From Vitiosangium sp. GDMCC 1.1324 (lineage in GTDB: Bacteria; Myxococcota; Myxococcia; Myxococcales; Myxococcaceae): 64,000 nt of DNA. Shown piece by piece: positions 1 to 9,668 of the stretch; position 1 is the stretch's first letter, and each line of letters opens with the position of its first letter. A program made the position numbers and the translations under genes. Location: NCBI RefSeq assembly GCF_003044305.1, contig NZ_PZOX01000005.1, positions 579,493 to 643,492 of the forward strand, read 5' to 3'. The notes below the pieces were generated by a model, which did not search any database, had not been told where the DNA came from, and worked only from the letters and a program-made list of their open reading frames with translations.

Positions 1-166
1 GGTCCGCCCCCACCACCACCGAGGGTGTCCCATGGGCCTGCTGGAGCTGCTCCGCCAGCACCCTCATGGGTTCGGTGCGCCGGGCCACCAGCACCAGCGC
101 GTAGCCCTCGCGCGCCAGGATCGCCGCCAGCTCCCGGCCGATGCCGCTGGAAGCGCCCGTCACCAT
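1..166 (-). CDS. short-chain dehydrogenase/reductase (SDR), 5' fragment; gene continues beyond window start
   Basis: Minus strand translates MVTGASSGIGRELAAILAREGYALVLVARRTEPMRVLAEQL..., the canonical SDR TGxxxGxG NAD(P)-binding N-terminus. ATG at 164-166. Absent from ORF track because <60 aa lie inside the window. Confidence 0.6.
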   Translation of the reverse strand, partial: MVTGASSGIGRELAAILAREGYALVLVARRTEPMRVLAEQLQQAHGTPSVVVGAD

Positions 167-283
167 TGCATACCTGCGCGCCTGCGCCTGAACGATGCTC
201 TCCATCACGCCACGCTTCCAAGAGAGCGAGCCCGGCGTCAATGGCCATGGAGAACTCCAGGGGTGTACCCTGAGGGTCACACC

Positions 284-1246
284 ATGAAACCCTCCCCCAT
301 CGATTGGCGTGCGCGCCTGGAAGCGTGTGGATTCGAAGGGGCGCAGTACGTGCCTCCCACGTTCGGGGCGCAGGTGCTGTGGTCCTGGAGGGAGCCCCTG
401 GCCGCCGAGGCGGCGCTGCGCGAGCAGCTCGAGCAGCAGCCGGAGGACAAGGATGCCCTGAAGACGCTGATCTCCATCCTCCGGGAGACCGGGCGTGCCA
501 GCGAGGAGGCGCCACTCCGGCGCCAGCTCCACGAGCGGCGCTGCCGCGACCTGGGAGTCCCCGAAGCGCAACGGAACGAGGTAGTCGCCTACCTCGAGGC
601 GGCCGAGACCGGGAGCGCGCCACCGGAGCGCTCGTCGGACGCCTATGTCACCGCGCTGTTCGATGTCTACGCGCCGAGCTTCGATGACAGCCTGCGCGGC
701 TTCCTGGCCTACCGCGCGCCCGAGCGGCTCATGGACGCGGTGCGCGCCGCGCTCGGTGGACGGAGGGAGCTCGACGTGCTCGACCTGGGCTGTGGAACCG
801 GGCTGGCCGGTCCACTCCTGAGACCCCTGGCGCGGCGGCTGGAGGGCATCGACCTCTCGACGGGCATGCTGGCCAAGGCAAGCGAGCGCGGCGTCTACGA
901 TGCGCTGCGCGCCGGGGAGATCACCTCGGAGCTCGGAGCCGCCACGACGCTCCATGACCTCATCGTCGCCGTGGATGTACTGGTCTACTTCGGAGCGCTG
1001 GAGGTGCTCTTCGAGCGAGCGGCCCGGCGGCTCGCGCCCGGAGGCCTGTTCGCCTTCACCGTGGAGAAGGGAACCGAGCCCGGTTACCGGCTCCAGCCGA
1101 GCGCGCGCTATGCGCACCACCTCGACTACGTGCGCAGCTGCGCCCATGCGGCGGGCCTGCGCGCGGTGGTGGAGCACGAGGACACCCTGCGCAGACAGGC
1201 GGGTCAGCCGGTCATCGGCCACGTGGTGGTGCTGACCGGAACCTGA
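284..1246 (+). CDS. class I SAM-dependent methyltransferase with TPR-like N-terminal region
   Basis: ORF 32..1246; internal ATG at 284 (MKPSPIDW...). The longer start overlaps the SDR gene, so 284 is preferred. VLDLGCGTGL motif I of SAM MTases; GC3-rich codon use. Confidence 0.7.
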   Translation: MKPSPIDWRARLEACGFEGAQYVPPTFGAQVLWSWREPLAAEAALREQLEQQPEDKDALKTLISILRETGRASEEAPLRRQLHERRCRDLGVPEAQRNEVVAYLEAAETGSAPPERSSDAYVTALFDVYAPSFDDSLRGFLAYRAPERLMDAVRAALGGRRELDVLDLGCGTGLAGPLLRPLARRLEGIDLSTGMLAKASERGVYDALRAGEITSELGAATTLHDLIVAVDVLVYFGALEVLFERAARRLAPGGLFAFTVEKGTEPGYRLQPSARYAHHLDYVRSCAHAAGLRAVVEHEDTLRRQAGQPVIGHVVVLTGT

Positions 1247-1259
1247 GCCGCCACGTGGC

Positions 1260-2582
1260 TCAGCGCCGACCGCCGCGGATGATGAGGGGCCCGGAGGCCT
1301 TCTTCCGGGGCAGTGCCTTCTTCAGCGCCTTCTGGATGTCCAGGTACTGGAAGTTGGTCGCGTCCTGCTTGAGCGCCTCGGCGATGAGCTTCAGCCCCCG
1401 TTCGGGCTTCGTCCGGAGCTGTGCGTACAGGTCGGCGAGCGCCACCTTCTCCTCCAGCGAGGCCTCCCCCGTGTCGACGAGCCGCTCCAGGGTGACCATG
1501 GCCTCCGGGTTCTCACCGGCCTGCTGTTGCAGGCGCCACAGGCGCGCGAGCGCTGGCGCGAAGCGGGGATTCTCGTTGAGGGCGTAGCCGTACTCATCCT
1601 TCGCGCGCTTCACGTCCCCCTGGACTTCCTGCACGCGGCCCCGGACGTAGAGGGCGCGAGCACAGTCCGGCTGCGCCTTCAGCGCCTGCTCCACCCGAGC
1701 CAGCGCATCGGCCTTGTTCCCCTGCGCCAGCTTCGTCTCGGCGAGCCGGGCGATGAGGTCTCCGTTCTGCGGGAACTTGGACACCGCCTCGGTGAGCAGG
1801 GCATCCGCGTCCGCGTGGCGCCCGAGCATCGTGAGCACCCGCGCCCGCAACGAGACGATCTCCGGCTTCGAGGCGTCCTCGCCCTGGACCTGCGCCAGGT
1901 CCTGCTCGGCGTACTCCGCATAGCCGCTCTGGAGGAAGTAGCGGGCGCGCAGAATCCGCGCCGTCGTGAGCCCCGGCTGCTCCTCCAGGAGCCGATCCAT
2001 CAGCTTCGCGGCGAGCACCTCGTCGCCCTTGGCCAGGAGGATCTCCGCCTCCACCACCTTGGCGTCCACGTCGTCCGGGCGCTCGCGCTGGATGCGCTCC
2101 AGCGTCTTGAAGGCGGCGTCGTGCTGGCCGTTCATCGTCTGCAGGTGGGCCAGCTTGAGGATGTCCAGGTCACCGAGTTGATCCGCCTCGCGCAGCTCCA
2201 GCAGGAGGCCGATGGCCTGGCGCAGCAGCCCGTCCTGCTCGTAGCGCTCGGCCAGCTTGCGCTTGATGTCGGGGGCCTCGGCGGGGTTGAGGGCCATGGC
2301 CTGCTTGAGGGCCAGGATGGACGCGCCCGTGTTGCCCGCCCGGCGATGGGCCTCGGCGAGCTGGATGAGGGGCTCGGTGCGATCGGGCATCAGACCGGCG
2401 GCCTCACCGAAGGCCTTCGCGGCCTGCTGGGGATGCCCGCCGGCCAGGAGGTCACGGCCCTCGTCCATCTTCGCCTGGATCTTCTGCTCGCGAGTCTGGA
2501 CGGAGAGCGTCTCCGGGTCCTTGCAGGCGAGCGGGAGCAACAGTGGTAGGGCCCAGAGCGGGCGAGGAAGTTTGAAATGCAT
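1260..2582 (-). CDS. TPR-repeat lipoprotein
   Basis: 440-aa ORF. Signal peptide/lipobox-like N-terminus (LPLLLPLAC), then many TPR-like helical repeats (AxxxxxxAxxLxP patterns). Confidence 0.8.
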   Translation of the reverse strand: MHFKLPRPLWALPLLLPLACKDPETLSVQTREQKIQAKMDEGRDLLAGGHPQQAAKAFGEAAGLMPDRTEPLIQLAEAHRRAGNTGASILALKQAMALNPAEAPDIKRKLAERYEQDGLLRQAIGLLLELREADQLGDLDILKLAHLQTMNGQHDAAFKTLERIQRERPDDVDAKVVEAEILLAKGDEVLAAKLMDRLLEEQPGLTTARILRARYFLQSGYAEYAEQDLAQVQGEDASKPEIVSLRARVLTMLGRHADADALLTEAVSKFPQNGDLIARLAETKLAQGNKADALARVEQALKAQPDCARALYVRGRVQEVQGDVKRAKDEYGYALNENPRFAPALARLWRLQQQAGENPEAMVTLERLVDTGEASLEEKVALADLYAQLRTKPERGLKLIAEALKQDATNFQYLDIQKALKKALPRKKASGPLIIRGGRR

Positions 2583-2622
2583 CGCTGAGATGGAGGGTAG
2601 CGGATGTTATCCTGCGGCGTCG

Positions 2623-2958
2623 ATGGACCCATTCGTGCGGCGCCTCGTGGAGAGGCTCCATGACCCGGCGCGACCCCTGTCGCGCAACCGGCACTTCCAC
2701 ACGTTCGACACCCCCGAGGGTCGGATGGCGCTGAAGGTGTATCGCCGGCTGAACAGCATCCACAAGGACATCCTCGCCTGCGTGAAGGAGGGCCGGCGCG
2801 CCCGGCTCTTCCGCCACGTCAACGAGGAGGGCGAGCACCGCATCGAGCTGCACTTCGAGCGGATCGCCGGACGCCGTGTCTCCCACCTCAAGGCCGCCGA
2901 GCTGGAGCTGCTCGCCCAGCTCCCGGGCGTGCGCGACGCGCTCGAGGGGGACCTCTAG
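2623..2958 (+). CDS. hypothetical small protein (~111 aa)
   Basis: In-frame ATG (MDPFVRRLVERL...) inside ORF 2257..2958. The upstream part overlaps the TPR gene on the opposite strand, so the shorter start is preferred. No recognised domain. Confidence 0.45.
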   Translation: MDPFVRRLVERLHDPARPLSRNRHFHTFDTPEGRMALKVYRRLNSIHKDILACVKEGRRARLFRHVNEEGEHRIELHFERIAGRRVSHLKAAELELLAQLPGVRDALEGDL

Positions 2959-3097
2959 CCCCCTGCCCTCCAGAAGCCCGGCGCGCACGGGTTGCGCGGG
3001 GTGCCCTCCCAGGGCGCACGGGTTGCGTCGGCTGACACCTCCGCCCCCCGGCACCACCGTTGGAACGAAGGCTGCTAGCGGCGGGACGGGAGGGTTC

Positions 3098-5008
3098 ATG
3101 AACGAACAGGACTGGCAGGCGCGGTACGCGGACAAGGTGACGACGGCGGAGGAGGCCATCCGCCAGATTCCCCGGGGGCGGCGCATCCTCATCGGCTCGG
3201 GGGCAGCCGAGCCCGTGAGCCTCGTCAAGGCCATGGTGGAGAAGGGCGAGCACCTGGCCGACAACGAGGTGGTGCACCTGATGACGCTGGGCCCGGCCCC
3301 CTACGTGGAGCCCGAGTACCAGCACCGCTTCCGGCACATCGCCTTCTTCATCGGCGCCAACACGCGCAAGGCGGTGCAGGAGGGCCGGGCGGACTTCATG
3401 CCGGTGTTCCTCTCGGAGATTCCCGAGCTCATCCGCAGCCAGCGCGTCCGGGTGGACGTGGTCCTCCTCCAGGTGAGCCCGCCGGACGCGCACGGCTACG
3501 TGAGCCTGGGCGTGTCGGTGGACGTGGTGCGCTCGGCGGTGGAGGCGGCCTCGCTGCTCATCGCCGAGGTCAACCCGCGCATGCCGCGCACGCATGGGGA
3601 CTCGTTCGTCCACGTGAGCCGCCTGCACCGACTGGTGCCGGTGGACCAGCCGCTCCTGGAGCGTCCCCACGAGGAGCAGGACGCGGTGTCCCAAGAGATT
3701 GGCACCCACATCGCCCGGCTGATTCCGGATGGGGCCACGCTGCAACTGGGCATTGGCAGGATTCCGGACGCGGTGCTGGCGCAGCTCACGCACCACAAGG
3801 ACTTGGGGCTGCACACGGAGATGATGTCCGACGGGGTGATGGAGCTGGTGGAGGCGGGGGTGATGACGGGGCGCAGGAAGACGCTGCTGCCGGGCAAGCT
3901 GGTGACGTCCTTCATCATGGGCACCCGGAAGCTGTACGAGTGGGTGCACGAGAACCCGGCCATCGAGATGCGGCCGAGCGACTTCACCAACGACCCGGGA
4001 GTGGTGGCGCGCAACGAGCGGATGGTGGCCATCAACGGGGCGCTGGCGGTGGACCTCACCGGGCAGGTGGCGGCGGACACACTGGGCGGGTGCTTCTTCT
4101 CGGGGATTGGCGGACAGGTGGACTTCATCCGGGGCGCGGCGAGGAGCCGGGGCGGCCGGCCCATCATCGCCCTGCCCTCGACGGCGAAGGGCGGCAAGGT
4201 GAGCAGGATTCAGGTGGCGCTGGAGGGGGGCACCGGCGTGGTGACGAGCCGCGGCGACGTGCACTACGTGGTGACGGAGTATGGCGTGGCGGACCTGTGG
4301 GGGAAGAACATCCGCGAGCGCGCCAAGGCGCTCATCCACATCGCGCACCCGGACTTCCGCGCGGAGCTGATGGCGGCGGCCAAGGAGCGGCGCTGGGTGC
4401 TGCCGGACCAGGTAGTGCCCCGCGCGCGCTACCCGTGGACGGAGGAGCGGGTGGAGCGCATCCTCTCCGGGCAGGAGCTGCTCATCCGCCCCACGCGCAT
4501 CACCGACGAGCGGGCGCTCCAGGATCTGCTGTACGGGCTGAGCGACGACAGTACCTACCGGCGCTTCATGTGCTTCAAGAAGCGCCACCCGCACGAGGAG
4601 GTACAGGAGCTCGTCAACCCGGACTTCGAGCAGAACATGGCGCTGGTGGCGTGCGTGCCGGGCACGGACAACGTGGTGGGCGTGGTGCGCTACGACGTGG
4701 TGCTCTCGACGGGGCTGGCGGATGTTGCCTTCGTGGTCCGCGACGACTGGCAGGGCAAGGGGGTGGGCACGGCGCTGATGAAGCGCATCCGTGAAGCCGC
4801 GCAGGCCCGGGGACTGCCGGGCTTCCAGGCCGACGTGCTGGTGACGAACAAGTCCATGCTCGACGTCTTCCACGAGAGCGGCCTCACCGTGAATGCGCGC
4901 CTGGAGAGCGACAGCTACCACCTGGAGTTGCTCTTCCCCACGGGCGACGCCGGGCTCACCGGGCCTACTGCGACACCTGGCAGGACGTCCGCAACTCCTC
5001 CACGGTGA
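3098..5008 (+). CDS. acetyl-CoA hydrolase/transferase-family domain fused to C-terminal GNAT acetyltransferase domain
   Basis: ORF 2876..5008; ATG at 3098 (MNEQDWQARYADKV...). N-terminal ~500 aa resemble the 4-hydroxybutyrate / acetyl-CoA CoA-transferase family. C-terminal ~150 aa carry GNAT motif A (VAFVVRDDWQGKGVGTALM). Confidence 0.85.
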   Translation: MNEQDWQARYADKVTTAEEAIRQIPRGRRILIGSGAAEPVSLVKAMVEKGEHLADNEVVHLMTLGPAPYVEPEYQHRFRHIAFFIGANTRKAVQEGRADFMPVFLSEIPELIRSQRVRVDVVLLQVSPPDAHGYVSLGVSVDVVRSAVEAASLLIAEVNPRMPRTHGDSFVHVSRLHRLVPVDQPLLERPHEEQDAVSQEIGTHIARLIPDGATLQLGIGRIPDAVLAQLTHHKDLGLHTEMMSDGVMELVEAGVMTGRRKTLLPGKLVTSFIMGTRKLYEWVHENPAIEMRPSDFTNDPGVVARNERMVAINGALAVDLTGQVAADTLGGCFFSGIGGQVDFIRGAARSRGGRPIIALPSTAKGGKVSRIQVALEGGTGVVTSRGDVHYVVTEYGVADLWGKNIRERAKALIHIAHPDFRAELMAAAKERRWVLPDQVVPRARYPWTEERVERILSGQELLIRPTRITDERALQDLLYGLSDDSTYRRFMCFKKRHPHEEVQELVNPDFEQNMALVACVPGTDNVVGVVRYDVVLSTGLADVAFVVRDDWQGKGVGTALMKRIREAAQARGLPGFQADVLVTNKSMLDVFHESGLTVNARLESDSYHLELLFPTGDAGLTGPTATPGRTSATPPR

Positions 5009-5394
5009 CCCGCTCCGTGGGTCCCAGCAGCGCATAGAGGGTGATGCGATAGCCCTCGACAGGGGACAGACACACCGTGGTCAGCAACTTCCGGGCGCTA
5101 CCTATGACAGGCCTCGCAGCAGCACGCTCGCCAGCTCTCCCGAGGCCAGTACGGTGAGCGTATCCGCGAAGGTGAAGGTGACGACCGTGGCCCCCGCTGG
5201 GATGACAGGCGCCCGACTCGCGGTGTCTGGGCTCTCCTCCAGGGCCTGGGGAAGGTGTGCATGGGTGTGCCCAATGTCTGGCATCACGCACGAGACTGTC
5301 CATGACCCACCAGTCGGGAATCATTGCATGGAAATGACCAGCTTTCCGGTACCCACCGATGGTGGGGCCCGGGGGTCAACGTGTCTGCCTTTGG

Positions 5395-6891
5395 CTATCC
5401 AGCTACGGGCATGGACCGTGGGGCCTGCGGGACGCCAGGCAACAGCGGCGCCGGGTTGAGCGCCAGGATGAGCAAACTGCGCAGCGCTTCCTGGAGATCC
5501 TCCCCCACGCTGGTGGCTCCCGCGGGCGCCCCCTGCAATTCCGGCGGGACCGGGTGGCCCACCATCACCACCGGCATGCGGATGTCCCAGGCCAGGAAGT
5601 GCGCCAGCTTCACCGCCGCTTCCGAGGCATCGAAGAGCAGCGCGCCCAGCGCTCCCGAGCTGAACGGCCGCCACAACGGCCTCGCGGCCTCCGCCGGAGG
5701 CAGCACGCAGAAGTCCAGGTGCAGCAGCTCGCTGAGATCCATCCGCCCCAGCGTCCCAAAGCCACTCTTCACCGCGGGGGGCTCGGCGGCCACGGCCTCG
5801 ATGCCGGGCAGTTGGGACAGCAGCTTCCGCGCCACCGCCGGGCCGCTGCCACAGACGAAGAGCTTCGCGGTGGCCTCGCGCGACGGCCCCCGGCCCCGGA
5901 GGATGCGCCCTCGCAGTGCGTGCAGCTCGGCGGGCCCCAGCAGCGGACCGCTCCCCTCCTCCCGGAGGACCTCGGCCATCCGGGCCACGCCCTTCTGGAG
6001 GAGCGTGTGCAACACGCCCACCACATCCAGGTCCGTGGCGGGCGCCAGGTCCAACACCTCTCCGAGCGCCCTCGGTTGGCGCAGCAGCTCCACTACCTGT
6101 GCCGTCACCGGATGCTGATCCTGCGTCAGGTCCGCGTCCGGCGAGAGCACCAGCCGGGTGTTGCGCGCCGGCAGCCCCGGCAGCAGCCGGTTCAGCTCGT
6201 CCGCCTGGCGCATCGCCTCCAGCAGGGCATCGTCCACGGCGCGCTGGATGCGGGGCTTGCCGCTGGTGGTGCCCGGAGAGAAGGTGAACGAGCCCTCGGT
6301 CCACACCAGCAGCCGGAAGAGGGCCTTCTCGCCTTCCGCGCGGCCCATCTTCGCGTTCACCGGGCGGCCTTCCACCACGGAGATCTCCCCGCGCTCGCTG
6401 CCCCGCTCCAGCGTCAGCTTGCCGCTGCGCTTGTTCATCCCGAGGATCTGCATCAGGTCCGGGATGCTCAGCTGGCTCAACGAGCCTTCGATCTCCTGGA
6501 CATCGGCCTTGAGATCCTTGGCCGCCTCGCCGCGGCGGAAGACGTGCTCGATGCGGGAGAGCACCTCGTCGATGTTGAAGGGCTTGCGCAGGAAGCCGTC
6601 GCGCAGGCCGCGCAGCTTGTCCGCCTCGAACTGGCCGGTGGAGACCACCACCGGAATGTCATCCGTGCGCGGGTTGGTGCGCAGGATGTTGATGAAGGTG
6701 CGCGCGTCCAGCATCCGGCACGCCTCATCGAAGAGGATGAGGTCCGGGTGGCGCAGCACGGCGACTTCCAGGGCGCGCGAGCCATCCGGCGCGTAGTGCA
6801 CCTGGTAGCCCTTGGTGCGCAGGGCGCGCGAGAGCGGGCGAACCGACTCGAGGTCGGGATCGGCGATGAGGATCTTTCGAACCTGGGCCAT
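5395..6891 (-). CDS. response regulator: receiver domain + DUF4388-like domain + C-terminal extension
   Basis: MAQVRKILIADPDLESVRPL...FDEACRMLD...RKPF = CheY-like receiver, followed by a PATAN/DUF4388-like region (SIPDLMQILGMNKRSGKLTL...). This architecture is typical of myxobacteria. Confidence 0.85.
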   Translation of the reverse strand: MAQVRKILIADPDLESVRPLSRALRTKGYQVHYAPDGSRALEVAVLRHPDLILFDEACRMLDARTFINILRTNPRTDDIPVVVSTGQFEADKLRGLRDGFLRKPFNIDEVLSRIEHVFRRGEAAKDLKADVQEIEGSLSQLSIPDLMQILGMNKRSGKLTLERGSERGEISVVEGRPVNAKMGRAEGEKALFRLLVWTEGSFTFSPGTTSGKPRIQRAVDDALLEAMRQADELNRLLPGLPARNTRLVLSPDADLTQDQHPVTAQVVELLRQPRALGEVLDLAPATDLDVVGVLHTLLQKGVARMAEVLREEGSGPLLGPAELHALRGRILRGRGPSREATAKLFVCGSGPAVARKLLSQLPGIEAVAAEPPAVKSGFGTLGRMDLSELLHLDFCVLPPAEAARPLWRPFSSGALGALLFDASEAAVKLAHFLAWDIRMPVVMVGHPVPPELQGAPAGATSVGEDLQEALRSLLILALNPAPLLPGVPQAPRSMPVAG

Positions 6892-6909
6892 GGTCGCTCC
6901 CCAACCTTC

Positions 6910-8760
6910 TCAGTACGGCTGCAGATCGTACTCAGCCTGCAAACGGGTGATGAGCCCATCCACCACGGCGGTGTCCGATGAATGGAAGCCCCAGGTGGCC
7001 CCGAGCCCCCGGCGCTGGATGAGCGCGTAGGCGGCGCTCTCCGAGAGCCAGAGGATGAACTCGTGCCGGTTCATCCGGTCGTCTCCCTCCAGGAAGACGG
7101 GCGTGAGCGCCGGGTGGGACTCCAGGTCCGAGCGCCGCCCCAGCAGGTAGATGCGCGAGGCCATGTCCGGAGGGGCCGACTCCAACCCCATCGCGATGGG
7201 CAGATCCGCGCGGATCTCCGGCCCCCCCACGTACAGCAGCCCGCGCGAGCCCGGATCTCGCATCAACTCGCGGGCGATCTCCGTCTGCAGCTCGTCGAAG
7301 AGGACGTCGGACACCTTGCCCCGGCGCGAGGGCTCGGCGTTCTCCTCTATTGGCAGCTTGGGACTGGAGGCATTGCCGAGCAGCAGGTCCACCTCGTCCC
7401 AGAAGGGCAGCGTGTCCAGCATCAGCTTGCGCTGCAGGGAGGCGCGCCGCTCGTCCATGCGCCGGCGGCAGCGGTGCACCAGCTCGTCGAAGTCCTCGCC
7501 GTCCTTGGGGAAGGTGCTCGCCCCGCCCACCAGCGCCAACGGCAGGCGCGACTCCACCTCCCGCGCCTCCGGCTCCGCGCGCACCGCGTCCAGGGCGCGG
7601 CGCACGAACATCATCGCGCCGAAGAAGTCCGTCTCCGGCAGCAGCAGGTAGAACTCCTGGTCGCTCGCCTTGGCGATGACGTCCGAGTCCCGGACGATGC
7701 GCGAGAACGCCTTGATGATGCCGCGCACCGCGAGCTTCGCGTCCGCCACGCCCAGGCGCATGCGCACCATGGGCAGGTTGTCCACGCTGAACGTCAGCAG
7801 CGAGAACGACCGCCCGTAGCGCCGCGCCTTGTAGATCTCCTTGGAGGCGTAGTCGGTGAAGTAGCTGAGGTTGTAGGCGGCGGTGTCGCGGTCCCGGAGC
7901 CCCAGCCGCTGCAATGCCTGGATCCGGCGGCCGTTCTTGACGCCCACCGCGGCCGAGTCACCCAGGATCTTCGCGTAGCGCACGTGCTCGACGCGGAAGT
8001 CCCCGCCGAGCGGATCCGACAGCTGCGCCAGGCCCATGATCTCCCCGCTGGTGACGAAGGGGACGTAGAGCACCGGCGAGCGCTCGTCGCGGGCAATCCA
8101 CGGCGTGGCCTCGCGCAGACGGTTGCCGAGAGGCCCCTCGGGGCTCATGCGATCGGTGAGGAACTGCTTGTCCAGCAGGCCGCGGTAGGCACGGAGGATG
8201 AGGTGTCCGCGGTCATCGGTGATCCACAGGGCGGCGCTCTGGGCATCGCAGACGGAGGCGAGCTCGGCGGCCACACGCTCCTGGAGCCACTCGAGGTCCG
8301 GCTGGGAGAGGAACTCCAGGCAGCGCTGGTGGAGGTTCTGGTAGCGGGCGAACTCGAAGTTCTCGGTCTGGAGCTGGGTGCGCTCGCGGCGCAGCTGGGC
8401 GCGCTCCATGGCGCGCTCGGTGGCCAGCAGCAGGTCCGTCTCGTCGACGGGCTTGGTGAGGACGACGGCCACCCCCGCGCTCAGGGCCATGGCCGAGCCC
8501 TTCACGTCCGTGCGCTGGGTGATGAGGATGATTTCCTGATCCGGGTCGCGCTCGCGCAGCTTCGCGGTGAGGCCGAAGCCGTCCATCTCGGGCATCACCA
8601 GGTCGGTGATGACCAGGTCGAAGGATTCGCGCCCCACCTCCTCGAGGGCCCGGGCGGCGCTCTCCGCCATGACGACGCGATAGCCCCTCCGGGTGAGGAT
8701 GTCGGAGGCGAGCTGCCGGAAGAAGTTGTCGTCGTCGACGACGAGGATGGGGCCAGCCAC
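6910..8760 (-). CDS. response regulator with GAF and degenerate GGDEF (SDQEF) domains
   Basis: ORF 6910..9546, but the upstream part overlaps dapF. In-frame GTG at 8760 begins VAGPILVVDDDNFFRQL... (receiver). GAF-like middle region. GGDEF-like region has RYGRSFSLLTFSVDNL and SDQEF in place of GGDEF, so it is probably non-catalytic. Confidence 0.75.
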   Translation of the reverse strand: MAGPILVVDDDNFFRQLASDILTRRGYRVVMAESAARALEEVGRESFDLVITDLVMPEMDGFGLTAKLRERDPDQEIILITQRTDVKGSAMALSAGVAVVLTKPVDETDLLLATERAMERAQLRRERTQLQTENFEFARYQNLHQRCLEFLSQPDLEWLQERVAAELASVCDAQSAALWITDDRGHLILRAYRGLLDKQFLTDRMSPEGPLGNRLREATPWIARDERSPVLYVPFVTSGEIMGLAQLSDPLGGDFRVEHVRYAKILGDSAAVGVKNGRRIQALQRLGLRDRDTAAYNLSYFTDYASKEIYKARRYGRSFSLLTFSVDNLPMVRMRLGVADAKLAVRGIIKAFSRIVRDSDVIAKASDQEFYLLLPETDFFGAMMFVRRALDAVRAEPEAREVESRLPLALVGGASTFPKDGEDFDELVHRCRRRMDERRASLQRKLMLDTLPFWDEVDLLLGNASSPKLPIEENAEPSRRGKVSDVLFDELQTEIARELMRDPGSRGLLYVGGPEIRADLPIAMGLESAPPDMASRIYLLGRRSDLESHPALTPVFLEGDDRMNRHEFILWLSESAAYALIQRRGLGATWGFHSSDTAVVDGLITRLQAEYDLQPY

Positions 8761-8798
8761 GGCGGAGGACTCAACGAGGGGAGAGTGGACGTCCGAGG

Positions 8799-9653
<855 letters not shown>

Positions 9654-9668
9654 GCTCGTCGCCTGGCT

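Noticed and set aside
5321-6304. 327-aa Gly/Ala/Arg-rich minus-strand ORF and 264-aa plus-strand ORF overlapping the response-regulator gene
   Set aside because: Low-complexity composition. They overlap a gene with clear receiver-domain motifs in another frame.
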